Made by a program: the position numbers and the translations under genes
Shown here: positions 25,201 to 36,900 of the stretch, piece after piece
Layout: each line of letters begins with the position of its first letter
Numbering within the stretch: position 1 is the stretch's first letter
The notes under the pieces: generated by a model
Seen by the model: only the letters and a program-made list of their open reading frames with translations
What the model was told of the DNA's origin: nothing
Database searches by the model: none
NCBI GenBank assembly: GCA_002633005.1
Contig: NMRA01000205.1
Location: 297,273 to 361,272, forward strand
Length of the DNA stretch: 64,000 nucleotides
Source: Phoronis australis
Lineage: Eukaryota; Animalia; Phoronida
Direction: 5' to 3'

Positions 25201-26917
25201 TATGGCAAATCAGATTTTTTCCGCGGAAATATAACGAAAATGCGCGGAGGGGATAAAAGAAAAAAGCGAAAATCCGCTTTTCCGCGGAAAATTCCAAGCC
25301 TTGATTAGTGGTGACTAGGGTGTGGGGGATTTTCCCCTCATTCAAAAGAGGATTCCCTTGTCAGGAGCTATAGGCACATTTCCTCTCAGGTGATCAAGGG
25401 CTGTGTACACAGGGTTCTTTGTGCATTGAAAACTTTTATGGCATAATTGCAGGACACTGTCCACACTGCGGTTGCCTGCTGTGTTGCCGTGACCCCCACC
25501 AAGGTGTCGCTGTGTCACGAAGACGTACAAACGGAGTACTTCCGGACCCTAGCCAGTGGCAATATTGAGGACATCACGAGTCTGGCTGTTGATCCCTCCA
25601 CCAATCAGTATCTTCTCATTGTAAGTGAATGTTTAATTTATTTGATAGATCATAATACATTAAAGGCTTAAGTAAAAAATTACTAGGTCTGATTTTTGTT
25701 TGAAGTGAACTTGTATCACGAATGACCAAATTTAAGTCCCACACAGCATTAATTAGGTCAAGCTCAATTTCCAAATTTCAAACTGGAATAAATCGTGGTG
25801 AATCTTCCCATTGAAGCAATTGGTGAACTCCAAGTGGTCCATGTCTAGTTTGGAAAAATGCTAATTGGGTGTAATAAAAAAAGAGTTCCATCACAAAACT
25901 TGAACCATAACGATGGTTTTCAAAAATGGCACTACACGGAGATTTATGTTCTATGTCAAGTTAATTCTACTTTGTGGTAAACATGGTGTGTAATGTAAGT
26001 CTGCTTTATAATTAGTGTTTACTGGATCAAGTACAGTTACGTTTGGAACATTCATGACTGGCACATTGCCTTGAGTTCATAAATTGACAACCCGTATATT
26101 CTAGTCTTCGACAAACTTTTACGACACCCGAATGAAAAACCTGGGAATTGATAAGTGCCCGCTGGATTTTCAGTTTTGGCGACCTCAGATTTTGTTTGGC
26201 GACCTTGGATTTTTTCCAGGTCGCCGAATGTGACTTGCCATTTAGCTAAGCGCCAAGTGCTGTTTAACATTTATCAAAAGAAATTTCGTGATACCGTTGT
26301 TTTGCTTGTAATATACAACTTTTTTACAACATTTTACGGGATGGCATGGTAAATAATGGAGTAAATACAAATGGAAAGTTAAATTCTACAGCTTTCTATC
26401 TCTCTGTAATAAATACCGTTTTGCATAATTTGGCATAGACTTGCTTATAAGTTACACGTGACCTTAGCATATAAGTAAACTGTTTATTAAAACGGAATTC
26501 ATTTTATGAAAATTCTGTGGTGCTAAAAATTCATAATCAAAGATGAATTCTTTGGCACCACACACATGGGTTTCAGTTTGCCTTCGACTTTGTTGAACTG
26601 CCTTCAGAAAGTGATGATTACAGTTGCTTTAATTTTTTTCTTCGTAGCTGAAATCAAAGAATTACAGTTAAAATTCAACTCAGCTGTGTAATGAGTCTTG
26701 TTTATTTCAGAATTTTGAGTCACAAGAGTCCAACGTTGAGAGTGAACAGTGGGCCATATATCTGTGCGGTAGTCGTGAGTGGTCTCAGTTGGTACAGGCT
26801 TTGGACATGGCGTGGTCGGGGCAGTTTCAGGTGTCGTTGCCAGTGACGGAGATTAATGACGTTTCTGTAACTCAGCAGTGCCACAATACAATACGAGCAC
26901 TGAAAGGGAACGCCTAA
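1279..26917 (+). CDS. PLEKHM2: Pleckstrin homology domain-containing family M member 2 (SKIP): RUN domain, acidic linker, PH domains; ~915 aa. Exons: 1279-1356, 7924-8045, 9441-9550, 10578-10702, 11627-11689, 12905-12985 (or copy 13292-13372), 13904-14856, 15664-15733, 16676-16822, 17577-17665, 18450-18582, 19829-19995, 20684-20918 (or copy 23019-23253), 25453-25620, 26711-26917
   Basis: All exons are AG/GT bounded with compatible phases (2748 nt total). The translation shows PLEKHM2-typical motifs recalled from the vertebrate protein: KDRLL.N, HLDRLF.SGL...GYW, GRAWLY..LNEN.LE.YLR, LCSGLE...F.LDYDVPYLD, VDNNLLL.LM..VF...EEQ, GHSEGN, CTNRRKQF, ILTDAT, CGGCRR..T.DR.H, EWLQCLCQAVS, CHEDVQT..FR.L. 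Confidence 0.93.
2609..3202 (+). pseudogene. Frameshifted SGNH/GDSL hydrolase ORF, probably a retroelement remnant (Ngaro/DIRS-like or LINE ORF1 esterase), in PLEKHM2 intron 1
   Basis: Three frames join as MSKRILIL..SHVCRLRD / FDPVVKIHGVGRMT / PEAVILHVGGNDLS...YN..AD.LN..L...FW.H...DQVHLN..G. These are SGNH blocks I, II, III and V; the ORF is intronless with two frameshifts. Confidence 0.7.
3966..4486 (-). mobile_element. Non-autonomous miniature LTR retrotransposon (TRIM) with tRNA-like Pol III promoter inside both LTRs
   Basis: LTRs at 4335-4486 (TGTAGTA...TACTACA) and 3966-4092. CTCT TSD at 3962-3965 and 4487-4490. On the minus strand, PBS TGGCGTAGTTGGCA (4319-4332) lies 2 nt after the 5' LTR and PPT AGAGAAGACGGGAA (4093-4106) abuts the 3' LTR. 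The LTR carries A box TAGCTGAATGG and B box (A/G)GTTCGATTCC. Confidence 0.88.
4815..5020 (+). repeat. Interspersed repeat, copy 1 (second copy at ~39051-39237)
   Basis: Shared sequence TACTCAGCTCT..AAACAGAG.TGAAGG...TTGGTGAAATGGAT..AAACCAAAAGAATGGGAGGAAAATTC...TTTTGCCT..TTTACCTTCCT in both places. Confidence 0.7.
5640..6090. mobile_element. Foldback/MITE-like element with long terminal inverted repeats and nested internal hairpins
   Basis: ATTCATGAGAGATAAAGGGTCTGTAACCCTCATTCACTC... (from 5681) is the reverse complement of ...GAGTGAATGAGGGTTACAGACCCTTTATCTCTCATGAAT (to 6008), with ~130-bp arms. Weaker pairing extends to ~5640/6090; inner hairpins at ~5781-5826 and ~5827-5880. Confidence 0.8.
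7500..7740. repeat. Diverged ~124-bp tandem duplication
   Basis: TTGGAACAC.TAATTA...TCACCTTTTG...TCCATAATTATT.ACATT.TCAA occurs at ~7500-7611 and ~7624-7740. Confidence 0.7.
8083..8408 (+). mobile_element. Truncated Penelope-like element: inverted partial pseudo-LTR with hammerhead-like motif, 10-bp TSD
   Basis: Inverted arms at ~8081-8180 and ~8256-8356. TSD TGATGATGAA at 8073-8082 and 8409-8418. Each arm contains TTGAAAA-stem(GAACTGT/ACAGTTC)-GAAAC-GTC/GTT. Confidence 0.7.
10718..11052. mobile_element. MITE (hAT-like termini)
   Basis: TIRs TAGAGACCCTGAT / ATCGGGGTCTCTA, subterminal AACGGA repeats, and flanks gCTGTA / tCTGTA suggesting a 6-bp TSD. Confidence 0.65.
12713..13485. other. 386-bp direct duplication around a single N (13099), including PLEKHM2 exon 6; probable haplotype-overlap assembly artefact
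   Basis: 12713-13098 and 13100-13485 are near-identical (a few SNPs/indels) and the junction is exactly the N. Confidence 0.85.
14228..14361 (+). repeat. Coding 36-bp tandem repeat (12-aa unit DMSRKVDSVESA, ~3.7 copies) in PLEKHM2 exon 7
   Basis: Units start at 14228, 14264, 14300 and 14336. Confidence 0.9.
16099..16336. mobile_element. MITE with CAG TSD (PIF/Harbinger-like)
   Basis: cag|CGGCCCATTCCAAGAAA ... TTTCTTGGAAAGAGTCC|cag, with internal GACTTAAG repeats; resembles the elements at 44688 and 45348. Confidence 0.65.
17719..18262. mobile_element. Degenerate MITE
   Basis: Imperfect TIR TACTCTGTTGACACGGAA / TTCAGTGGAAACTGGGTA with repeated AATCGATT subterminal motifs. Confidence 0.45.
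20029..24838. other. ~2.3-2.5 kb direct duplication around a single N (22364), including PLEKHM2 exon 13; probable uncollapsed haplotypes
   Basis: 20029-22363 vs 22365-24838 are highly similar, with scattered SNPs and a ~150-bp indel (~23764-23915). The exon copies differ by a synonymous TCT/TCA change; the junction is the N. Confidence 0.85.
23694..25303. mobile_element. Non-autonomous DNA transposon (hAT-like termini) with 6-bp TSD; allelic partial copy starts at 21364
   Basis: ATTAGT|CAGGGCTT(A/G)GAAT ... ATTCCAAGCCTTG|ATTAGT; CCGCGGAA subterminal repeats at the right end. Confidence 0.7.
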
Positions 26918-28328
26918 CGTGTCAGTGTGAACCAAACACTCGCACAATGAGTAATCATGGGAAGGGAAGCACTTGTGATAATACCTTCACAAAATACAAG
27001 TCTCTGGTTTATGTACTAGGAATATTTTCCGATGTTAATTACTGTTCCTCTTGCCTTTATTAATTATGCAATCAAGAATAGAAATGGAATTTAAACTAAC
27101 AGTCCAGAAAAGGCCAGCATCTTGCGTCTGTATTCTCTGCTGTCAAACAAGCACAATGACTCTCATAAACACAGTCTGTGTTTGCTTAAAGTCACTGGAT
27201 CCCAATTTGATGCATTAAAGTCAAATCAAACAATATTTTTGTATGCTATATATACATCAAACAATTCATAATCTTTGGTCCAGGTACAAAACATCCCCAA
27301 AGCCGTGTGTCCTTACGTTCCGTAACAGTTGTGGAAAAGTTTAATTGTCCCGAGAATATTCTGAATCATTTGCTGTAAAATGCCTATGGTGTTTGTGGAA
27401 AAATCAAAACTTTGAGAACACTTAAAATCTTGTCTAGTTGGTAAAAACAAGAATTCAATAACGTTAATGAGTGACTGCTTAAACAAGATGGCGGATTTTG
27501 CTTGGCCGTTTTTCATTTTGTTACAACTGTTGCTTGCATAGTTGAAAAAGGCCAGTGGAGCAGTATTCGAGGCTTTGGAAATGTCTCTCTGCAACAGGTA
27601 TGTGTTTTTCATATTAAGGGTAACTACACCAAAACATTGCTTTTTCCTTCTTCGAGTGCAGACTATAAAGCAAATACTTTGCGAGATTATTCAAAGTTTC
27701 ACCAGTGTAACACAGGATCTCATTTATTGTTAAGGACATCGATTAGCACAATGAACACCTGCAGTGTTATATAATTAAGCCAGGATATCTCATTGTATTT
27801 TGCATCTGGCTAACATTACAGTCCAACAGTACTACAATAAACCTTTGTTGTGTTTTGTACAAACACAACACTCACCGCTGAAGTTTATGTCATGTGCATG
27901 ACTTGTAATACATGGTCACACCTCGTGAAGACTCACCTGATCTCACAAAAATCTTGCTCTACAGGACGCAGCCCTGTTTGTTAGCTTACTATAATCATCT
28001 GCTTCACATATCCGAATTCAGATACGTACGTAGCCTGTGCTGTCTGCTACTTGGTTCGCTGACAGCAGAATCTGTTACAGCAATCATTTTAGAAAGGTCT
28101 AAGGATGGTTCACTGTAATGCTGTTTGGCCTACTGTGATGGAAGTGTCTCTGGCTTATGATACGTGGTGTTCATAGATATTGGTATTTATTTTATGAATG
28201 GTTGTGCAATATTTTGGACCAATTTTATAATCAAACCATGAAGGATGATTTTCAAAGAAAAGTTCTTTGAATTTGTATACATAATGTCACAGAATTTTAT
28301 GATAGGGAGTTGGACAGCTAGTGAATTC

Positions 28329-29653
28329 TTATGCGCCCACATATTTATATGTGGGTGCATGTTACTGTCATCTCTGTCTGTCCAGCGTCCGCAGCTGTTC
28401 TCCTAAACCCTCACAGGATCTTGTTGAGATTTGACAGATGTGTTCCTATAAAGTTGACAACAAATTTCAGACAGACCTGACTACTGGTGTGCCCCCTAGT
28501 GGCAATTTTAGTTTTTTACGCTTACCTCTGTATCTTAAAACGGATTTTCATGAAACTTGGCATATAAGCATCTATTAACGAGATGACATTATCCTCCCGT
28601 TTTCAGGTGGATTCGACGTAGTTTGTGCCACCTAGTGGCCATTTTTACTGTTTTCGAATCTCGTTTTTTGGCGTATGCCCCTCTATTAACCAAACTGCTC
28701 TAAGGATGATTGTGAAAGTTGTCATGTATGTTCTTACTGTGAAGAGAGCGGCTGACCATTATTTTGGACGACTTCGACTGCTTTGGCCCCTTCTAGTGGC
28801 AGTTTTGTTTTTGATTTTGCACCTATGGCTATATCTCATTAAGGCTCTGCAGGATATTTACTAAATTTAGCAAGTATGTATGTATGTATGTATGTATGTA
28901 TGTATGTATGTATGTATGTATGTATGTATATATATATATATATATGAAGTTGACACAGGATGATGACGACTTTCGAACAGATCGGACTACCACTGTGCCC
29001 CCTAGTGGCAATTTTAGTTGTTTACTTTTAACTCTGTATCTTTGAAAATCCTCAATGGATTTTCATAAAATTTGGCAGATAGCCATATATTAGTGAGATG
29101 ATGCTTTCCATCTGTTTTCGAATGGATTCAAGATATTTTGCGCCACCTAGTGCACATTTTTATTGTTTTTTGGCACTCATCCCTCTGTCAACCGAACCAC
29201 TTTAAGGATGATTTTAAAAATTGGCATATATGATTTTAATGTGAAGAGAATGGTTGACAATGATTTTCCTGACTGTCTACTGTGGCACCTCCTAGTGGCA
29301 GTTTTGTTCTGTTCTGCTTCCATGGCTGCATCTCCTAAACCAATTGCAGGATCTTTGTTACATTTAGCAAGTGTACAAGTTGACAACGGACAACTTTCAC
29401 ATGTACCCAACAAACTCTGTGCCCCATATTGGCAATTTGATTCTTTTCCGTTTTCCTCTGTTTCTCTGAAGTTCCTGGACAGATTTTTATGAAATTTGGT
29501 AGTCTTCTATAATTAAATAAATGATGACATGTTGTCGTTTTTGGATGGTTTTACGTATAGTAGCTATTTTTAGGATATAAATAAGCACCCCTGGAAGCAC
29601 ACCATTTGCAGCGCATGCGTGGTTGCATTTCAACGCTCCACGTTGCTCTTGTT
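28329..29653 (+). mobile_element. Non-autonomous Helentron-type (HINE/DINE-1-like) element with internal ~145-bp tandem repeats and (TATG)n(TA)n microsatellite
   Basis: 5' subterminal hairpin ATGCGCCCAC...GTGGGTGCAT followed by a GTCT/GTCC tract. 3' subTIR GTGGTTGCAT plus hairpin CAACG-CTCCA-CGTTG; TT-rich ends. Microsatellite at ~28875-28945. Confidence 0.75.
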
Positions 29654-30914
29654 ATATTAACTTGACATGTCAGTTGTCTTGTGATTATAACTCTGTAGTG
29701 TAGTCATATGTGAAAATGCTTTCATGACACATTCTCAAATAAAATGATTTTATAAAGTCACGTTATTTTTTAACTGGAAGCTGGAAAGCAGATGAATTTT
29801 ATGTCAGCTTGGCTCCTCAGTTCAGATGTGAAAATGCTTTTATCATAAATTCTCGAATGTAACCCGATTTTATGGCTGGAACTGGAAAGCAAATAACATT
29901 GATGTCAGGTGGTTTTATTGAAAAATTCTGCTCTTTAACAGGTAATCAGTAGAGAATTTCAGACTATTCTCATTACAGTTTCGGATTTTTTGTCCTAAGT
30001 TGAGAGAATGCGGTTTTGAGAAAAAGGTAAGCAAAAACACGACTAACATTAGAGCATTATGAAATTAGCAGTTTCATAAACATGGATTAACTTCGAAATG
30101 TTAAAAAGATCACCTTTCTTGATAGCACAGGATATGAAATATCTGTAAAGTTCCTTTCTTAAGCATGGACCTGACAGGCTCTGAAACTGTTGCAAATGTG
30201 ATTTTGCAGAGAGAAATTGGCTGCTAATTTTGTAGATGTTTATTTATGTCTGCACGTTACCTCATTCCGAGTGGGAGATAGGTGATGTACAGCAAAGCTG
30301 GTATTTAAAAATTCTCAGAACAAAAATAAAATTCTTATGTCACCCTTTTCAACTCATTCATGACAAATGCTGCATGTTTTTTTTTCCAGTAGGTGATTGG
30401 CTTCATAAGTCAGAAGACCGTTTTTTTTTCATTTTATGCAACCTGGACTATTCCACTGTCGTAAAATTTTGTCCTTGGCTAGCTTTATAAACATTGTCCC
30501 AAAAGAGAGAAGTCATGAATTGAACCACTGGTTGTTTTGCATTGTATTGTCCAACTAATGACACTTTACATCACAACTGCTCCAGAAAAATGTTAAACCA
30601 TAGTAAAACCATTGTGCAAAAAATATGCCCAACATTTTTATTCCTCAAGTAACAAATAGATTTTAAACACCAGAACAACCATAAATGCAAAGCATCTGCA
30701 AATGCACTGGGCCGCTTCAATCACTGCTCTTGACGGAGATATCCAAAAGAAAACTATTGTGTTCACATCCATCATTCATCACAATCATAGCTTATCTTAC
30801 TTTGTATAAAAACCTGTAACTATTCCTTTTCTCACTACAAGGACCACTGTGTTTAGTCAAACGTTCTTAGTCAAGCTTGTTTGCCAGAATTGTGCTGACA
30901 AGTCACACATTGTT

Positions 30915-33900
30915 TCAACTGCTGACAGAGTGATCCCTCTCATCGAGGTACGACTCCAAGGCAAGCTCAACTTCTCCATGCGAGGCATCATTCTGTATGA
31001 AGCACTGAAAAACATGGTTAAAGCCACTAAAAATAAGCCTCCTGTTGCAAAAATTAAATTCTGACCACTTAACATTATGAAGTTAGTCTCAAATTGACCT
31101 ATCGCCAGGATTTTGAGTGACGGCTTAACTGACTAATCAGAACGCAGCATTCTTGACACACCTTCATTTAAGCTGCCATTTTACCCGACAAACAACACAT
31201 TGCTGGGTAAAACATAATGTTTGTTTGTCGACATTTCACAAGGGGGCAGAGCTTGCAATAGGTCAATTATTATATCAGTCGAACAAGAGGTGAATCTGGG
31301 CTTGAAAAACTGACAGCTTGTCCCTGCCCATACAGTTGGCTTCAAAGCGGTTGTGTATGTTCTGGACATGGCCTCGGGCACTAAGAATGTAATTTTTTTC
31401 CAAGCTCAGAAAACATGTCTCATCTAAGTTATGAGCAAGTTGAGATCAGTTTTATAGTGGCAAGTTGAACAAGTAAAAGTTTCTTTGATCAAATGCGGGA
31501 CTCTTGTAGCTTTAGTAATATGTACATTACTTGAATGTACACATCGTCTTTGAATGGTTGAGCAATGCAACCTAGAAATATTTTGTTGAACAGGCGACGC
31601 TGGGATTTCTCGATGATAGTTGAGGAGCAACTGACGAATGATATTCATCGATGAATGATATTCATCACTTGGAAGCTGTTCATTCCTTACTGTCCTCCAG
31701 GTGTCACCTCATAGCAGCTCATTTTACAAAATATTCAGGGACAATACCGCTTTTCCATTGTTGTCAGACTGTCATACATTGATTTGAAAGGGATTGTATT
31801 ATTACCTATTTACTCAGTTACCGTCGTCATTCTCCCACATTCTTTAAATTTGAATAATTTCTTATAACAACTAGTTTTTCTCTTCTAGAATTCATCCACT
31901 GTGCTCTAAAGCGTCCCAACTTACTGTCTAGTTTGTAGCGCACATGACAACTTCATATCTTGTAGTAGTTATATTTTCATTGACGAAATGTGAATTCCAC
32001 TTGGTTGGATGTTGAGAAAGGTACATTTGAATACTACTAGCAGCTATTGAAAAATGCCTTTGTGGCTTGAAGCTCCAGCAACAAGAATATCAATTTATAC
32101 ATTTCACTCGTGTTTTGTGACTCACTCAAGATAACAAGGTGTTAAAATAAAATAACAAAATGATTTGCTGTTATCTTTTAGCTCGTACCATATGTTATGA
32201 AAAATAGTCAAGCCAAGGCATGCACATTGATGCCCCTACAACGATTTGAGGGGGCCATTTATCGTCCTTTCTCAGGGCCACTCTTTCGCCAGACATGAGA
32301 CTGTGAAAGAAGGTACTTTTGTCTAATAACTCACCTTCAGTATGGCAACACTGTCCTCTGGTGGCAGACTAGAAAGTGACTTGGCTGTTTCAGAGTCAGG
32401 GTGGACAATGGCGAACAAATGCACCAGGTCTGCAGCGTCAGACAGGCTGGAAACAGATTTACTTAATAAAAACAAGAAAAATAATGCAACACCACTAGAA
32501 GTGTTCATCACACAACAGTTCGTTGAAAGCCCATTGTCTCCTAGATATACATATACTTCAAGGATGTCTTTATCAAGTTGTCCTTTAGAAGCAGCATCCC
32601 ACCAAGCTGTAGAAATTGTCATGATAAAATTGACATTTTTGTATTTTCAAGGGCTAGATTCCTACATTGGTCAAACATTTCAAATACTTGTAGTACGTGA
32701 GAAATCTGTACGCTACAGTCAGCAACACAAGTTTCTGAAAATGCAACCACCACTTTTTTCCGAAAGTCCCCAGGGGTTTTTCGGATGCAAAGTCACTTCC
32801 GGAAATAAGACATTTGAAAACATGCCCCATGAATCCAATTGTTTTAGTGAGAGGAAGTCATGGGGTACACCAATATTCATCGATGTAATGTTTAGTTTTT
32901 GTTTTATATTGTGCAAGGGTCGAGGGCCAAATATAAAAATGAAGTATAGTGTGTTTTCCCAAAAACATGAAAGGTAATTGAAAAATATCAAATGAAGTAA
33001 GAGTGAAGAATGAAGTCACATAAAAGTGTCATTCTGTCACACTAAATTCACTTATTCAACGACAACGAGACAGACTCACTAGTCTCTCTGTATGGTGTCC
33101 ACTAACAGGTAATCCATCCTTCTGTGGCAGACCAAGTAGAAGGCCATGTTGCCAAAATGCCTCGTAGACCGTAGTTCGTCATATTGGCGTGTGTCATTAA
33201 CATGGTTGTACGTTCGTTCCACAACCTGTAAAGTGCACTGCCATTGGCTCACAAGTAAAACATATATTAAGCATTAATAAAAATAAAATCCGATTAAGCT
33301 AAATTTCATTTTACACTTTCGAAGGTTTAGTGCCAAAGGTTTGCAGATCCAAAAGCAGCATGTTGTAATGCACGAGTTCAAATCCAAACAACTCAATCCA
33401 AAAATCCATTCCCATCTCAAACAAATCAATGTTTATTTCAGCACTAAGGCCTCAGGCCCATATTCACATAGCGATGAAGCAAATACCAAGTGCGTAATTA
33501 CCACTGCATGCCCGCACCCAGTCAAAAATATACGGGGGCTGGAATTTTTCAGAACGTGGACCTTCTACTGAAAAAAAATCAACGAGGACTAAAAAAACAG
33601 GCCACTAGGTTCAGGCCTATGAATTGTGCATCTGCTGCGAATTCCTGTGGACGTTGTGGACTTTTGTCTCGTTTGCTCAGATTTCTTATTTCATTGAGGT
33701 CCAATTCGCCAAATTGGGGGGCTAATTCAAGCCCCCCTGGGTGCACCCAAGCACTGAAAGGAGATGTGACGCAACAAAGGTAATTCAATTATTCATCTAC
33801 AAAAAACTTGGTGAGCTAATTTCCAAAATGGAGACGAAACGTTCAAAAAAATTTTGGTTATAAAGAAGAAGATAGATATTCGACTTGTATCTATTCAATC

Positions 33901-36900
33901 TAGCGGATAAATGGGATGAACATACTGCATTCGTTTTTTGCAAATAGTCTTGACCTCTGTCTTGATCTCTGCATTGACCTCTGTCTTGATCTCTGCATTG
34001 ACCTCTGCATTGACCTCTGTATTTACCTCTGTCCAACACAAGAACTCAGCAGAGGCAGATAGAGGTCAAGACAGAGGACAAGACAGAGGTCAATACAGAG
34101 GTCAAGACAATCACAGTCCAATGCTTACTTGCGCATGAGCTACTTGCTCAACTTTTAATTAGTAAAAACTTGGTATAGGTAAATATTTAATGCTAACAAC
34201 CATCAAGTCTGTCTAGTATGGAAAGCCACACACAACACAAAAAGCCATAAACGAAAATAGTGAAAAGATGATACCATTTACTCAATACTTTGTAAAGTTC
34301 TGAAAATTTGAATCAACAATTGAATATTGCATTTGAAATACGTGACTCACTCTGATGTATTCGGGATCATCAGGGTCAAACTGTACCGCGGCTCTGTCCA
34401 AGATGTAAACATAACTGCCTGCTTCAAGTTTGGCCTAAAAGTACAAGAATGGAAGTGCGAAGTACTGAAGCGTGTTATGAGTTTCCAATATTTGCACTGA
34501 ATGAACTATTCAACTTTGATTAGCAACACAGTTACTTTGCACGAACAATAAAGAAAAGCTATTAATTGTTTATCATAAAACCATGAAGTTCTAATCATAA
34601 AATGAGTAAAATCCGTTTTAACATTCCCATCATGCCTCTGAGCCTCTTTCCAGTCCGTTTAAAGCAATTTTGATTGACGAAAAAACAACTTAAAGGAGAA
34701 ACATCAAGAAGCCTTGTTTCTGTGAATTTCTAATCAAGCATATCAAATGTGTAAAGCAAACGCCACTGGGATCTTTTTAAACATTACATTTGCTTTCTTG
34801 TAGTTGGTATCTTTTAAAAATTACAAAACTGAGAACTAAAATCTAATTTTAAGTGTAGTAATATAATTTTTGTTTCTGTGCGCACTGAAATTAAGCATAA
34901 CGCTGAGGCCTAGGAGAAGCAACTTTTCAGCCATGTAGACTAGGCCACACTTTGGATGCGCTTCTGAAAAAAATGGGGCAGATCGTGAAATGTCGCAATT
35001 GTTTCGATTGTGACATAACATATCAGGCAAATGCCACGTTATGTTGCAAAACTGATTTTGTGACATATCTCTGACACACAGGTGCCAAACACAACCTGGT
35101 ACTTTGCTTCATAGTTGTGCATTACTGACTCACCCGGCCCTTCAGGTAAGTCTGTATTCACCTTAGTTTGAACGAAACCTTTTGGTCTCATAAGACACAA
35201 CTAATGCCAGGTTTGCTGTTACAGGATTCCGTCCGCACACTAAGGAAATTTCAGAAGCCAGATGGAATCACTTACTTCAAGAAACTCTGGTTGGAAAACT
35301 TTGGGCACGTGAATCTTACGACCGGCTGTTGGATGGTAAATTTGGTTCATGCGGTGTCGTTCTTCCCACGAGGCATGTCGCAAAACTCCGCCTGGTTCGC
35401 GAACAACTATAAGTCGGTCCTGAAAAGGCATGTCTTTTTCTAGAGCTAATATATTTTTGTACAGAAAATTCACACAACTGACATCCTTACGATACATAAA
35501 CAAGAGCAATGTGGAGCGTTCAAATGCACCCACGAATGCACCGTAAACGGTGTGAATCAAGCGGTGTTTATTTGCAACATAGAAAGGGCTACTAGATGAT
35601 GCAAAATATGTCGAATCCTTCCGAAAACTGGTATGTGTCATCAAAGCTATTTACCAAATTTCATAAAACGAAAACGAAAAAAATGGAATTTCCACTAGAA
35701 GGTTACAGGCGCAAAAAACATAACTGCCACTAAGAGGCGCCACCGTAGATGAAGTCATCGGAAAATCATCGCCAGATTTCCTCTTCATATTAGGAACATA
35801 CATTTCCAATTTCCACAACCATCATTAGAGTGGTTTGGTTGATAGAGGAGCAGACGCCAAATAACAAGACCTGAAAACAGTAAAAATGGCCACAAGGTGG
35901 CGCAAAACACCACAAATCAAACCAAAAACTGTAGGATAGCGTCAACTCACTAATTTGATGAAAATCCACTGAAGACCTAGAGATCAATGTAACAACTAAA
36001 ATTCCCACTAGGGGACACACAGGTAGTCGAATCCATCATGAAGTCATTGTCGTTTGTTGTCACACTTGCTAAATTTTATAAAGATCCTACAGAGGGTTTA
36101 GGAGATACAGCCATAGGCATAAAAAACTGCCACTAGGAGGCACCACAGTTGTCGAGGTTGTCGGAAAATCATTGTCAGCTCTTCTCTTCACATTACGAAC
36201 ATACATGCCAATTTCCACAATCATCCTTGGAGTGGTTTGGTTGAAAGAAGGGCAGATGCCAAAAAGCAGACTCGAAAACAGTAAAAACAGCCACAAGGTG
36301 GCGAAAATTAATGCTTCGCTTTCAACCAAAAACTGGATAATGGCATCATCTCACTACATGCCTATCTGCCAAATTTTATGAAAATCCATCGACAACCTTT
36401 GAAGATACAGAGGTAAACATAAAAAATAAAGTTGCCGCTAGGGGGCACACCGGTAGCCCAATCCGTCCAAAAGTCCTTTGCTGTCAACTTCATATAAATA
36501 CACCAGCAAAATTCAATAAAGATCCTGTACAGCGTTTAGGAGATACAGCCATGGGCGCAAAAAACAAACAAACCTGCCACTAGGAGGCGCCACAGAAGTC
36601 AGTCATCGGAAAATCATTGTCAGCCGCCCTCTTCACAGTAAGAACATAATTATATACCAATTTAAAATTTCAAAATCATCCCTATAGCAGTTTGGTTGAC
36701 GGAAGGGCAGACGCCAAAAAACAGACTCAAAAACAGTAAAACATGGCCACAAGGTGGCGCAAAATACCTCGAATCCGTCCGAAAACAGGAGTATGGCATA
36801 ATCTCACTAATAGATGCCCAACAGCCACATTTTATGAAACTCAGTTGAGGAACTCCAAAAATACAGTGGTAAGCGTAAAAAAGTAAAATTGTCACTAGGG

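Noticed and set aside
29700-29920. ~120-bp diverged tandem duplication near an AATAAA
   Set aside because: Real but old and featureless; no function can be supported.
32342-32977. 211-aa plus-strand ORF
   Set aside because: Antisense to MRPS22 exon 7 and intron, with no recognisable domain; a chance ORF.
33797-34138. ORFs with RGQCRDQD / LTSVLISA repeats
   Set aside because: Translations of the 12-bp minisatellite.
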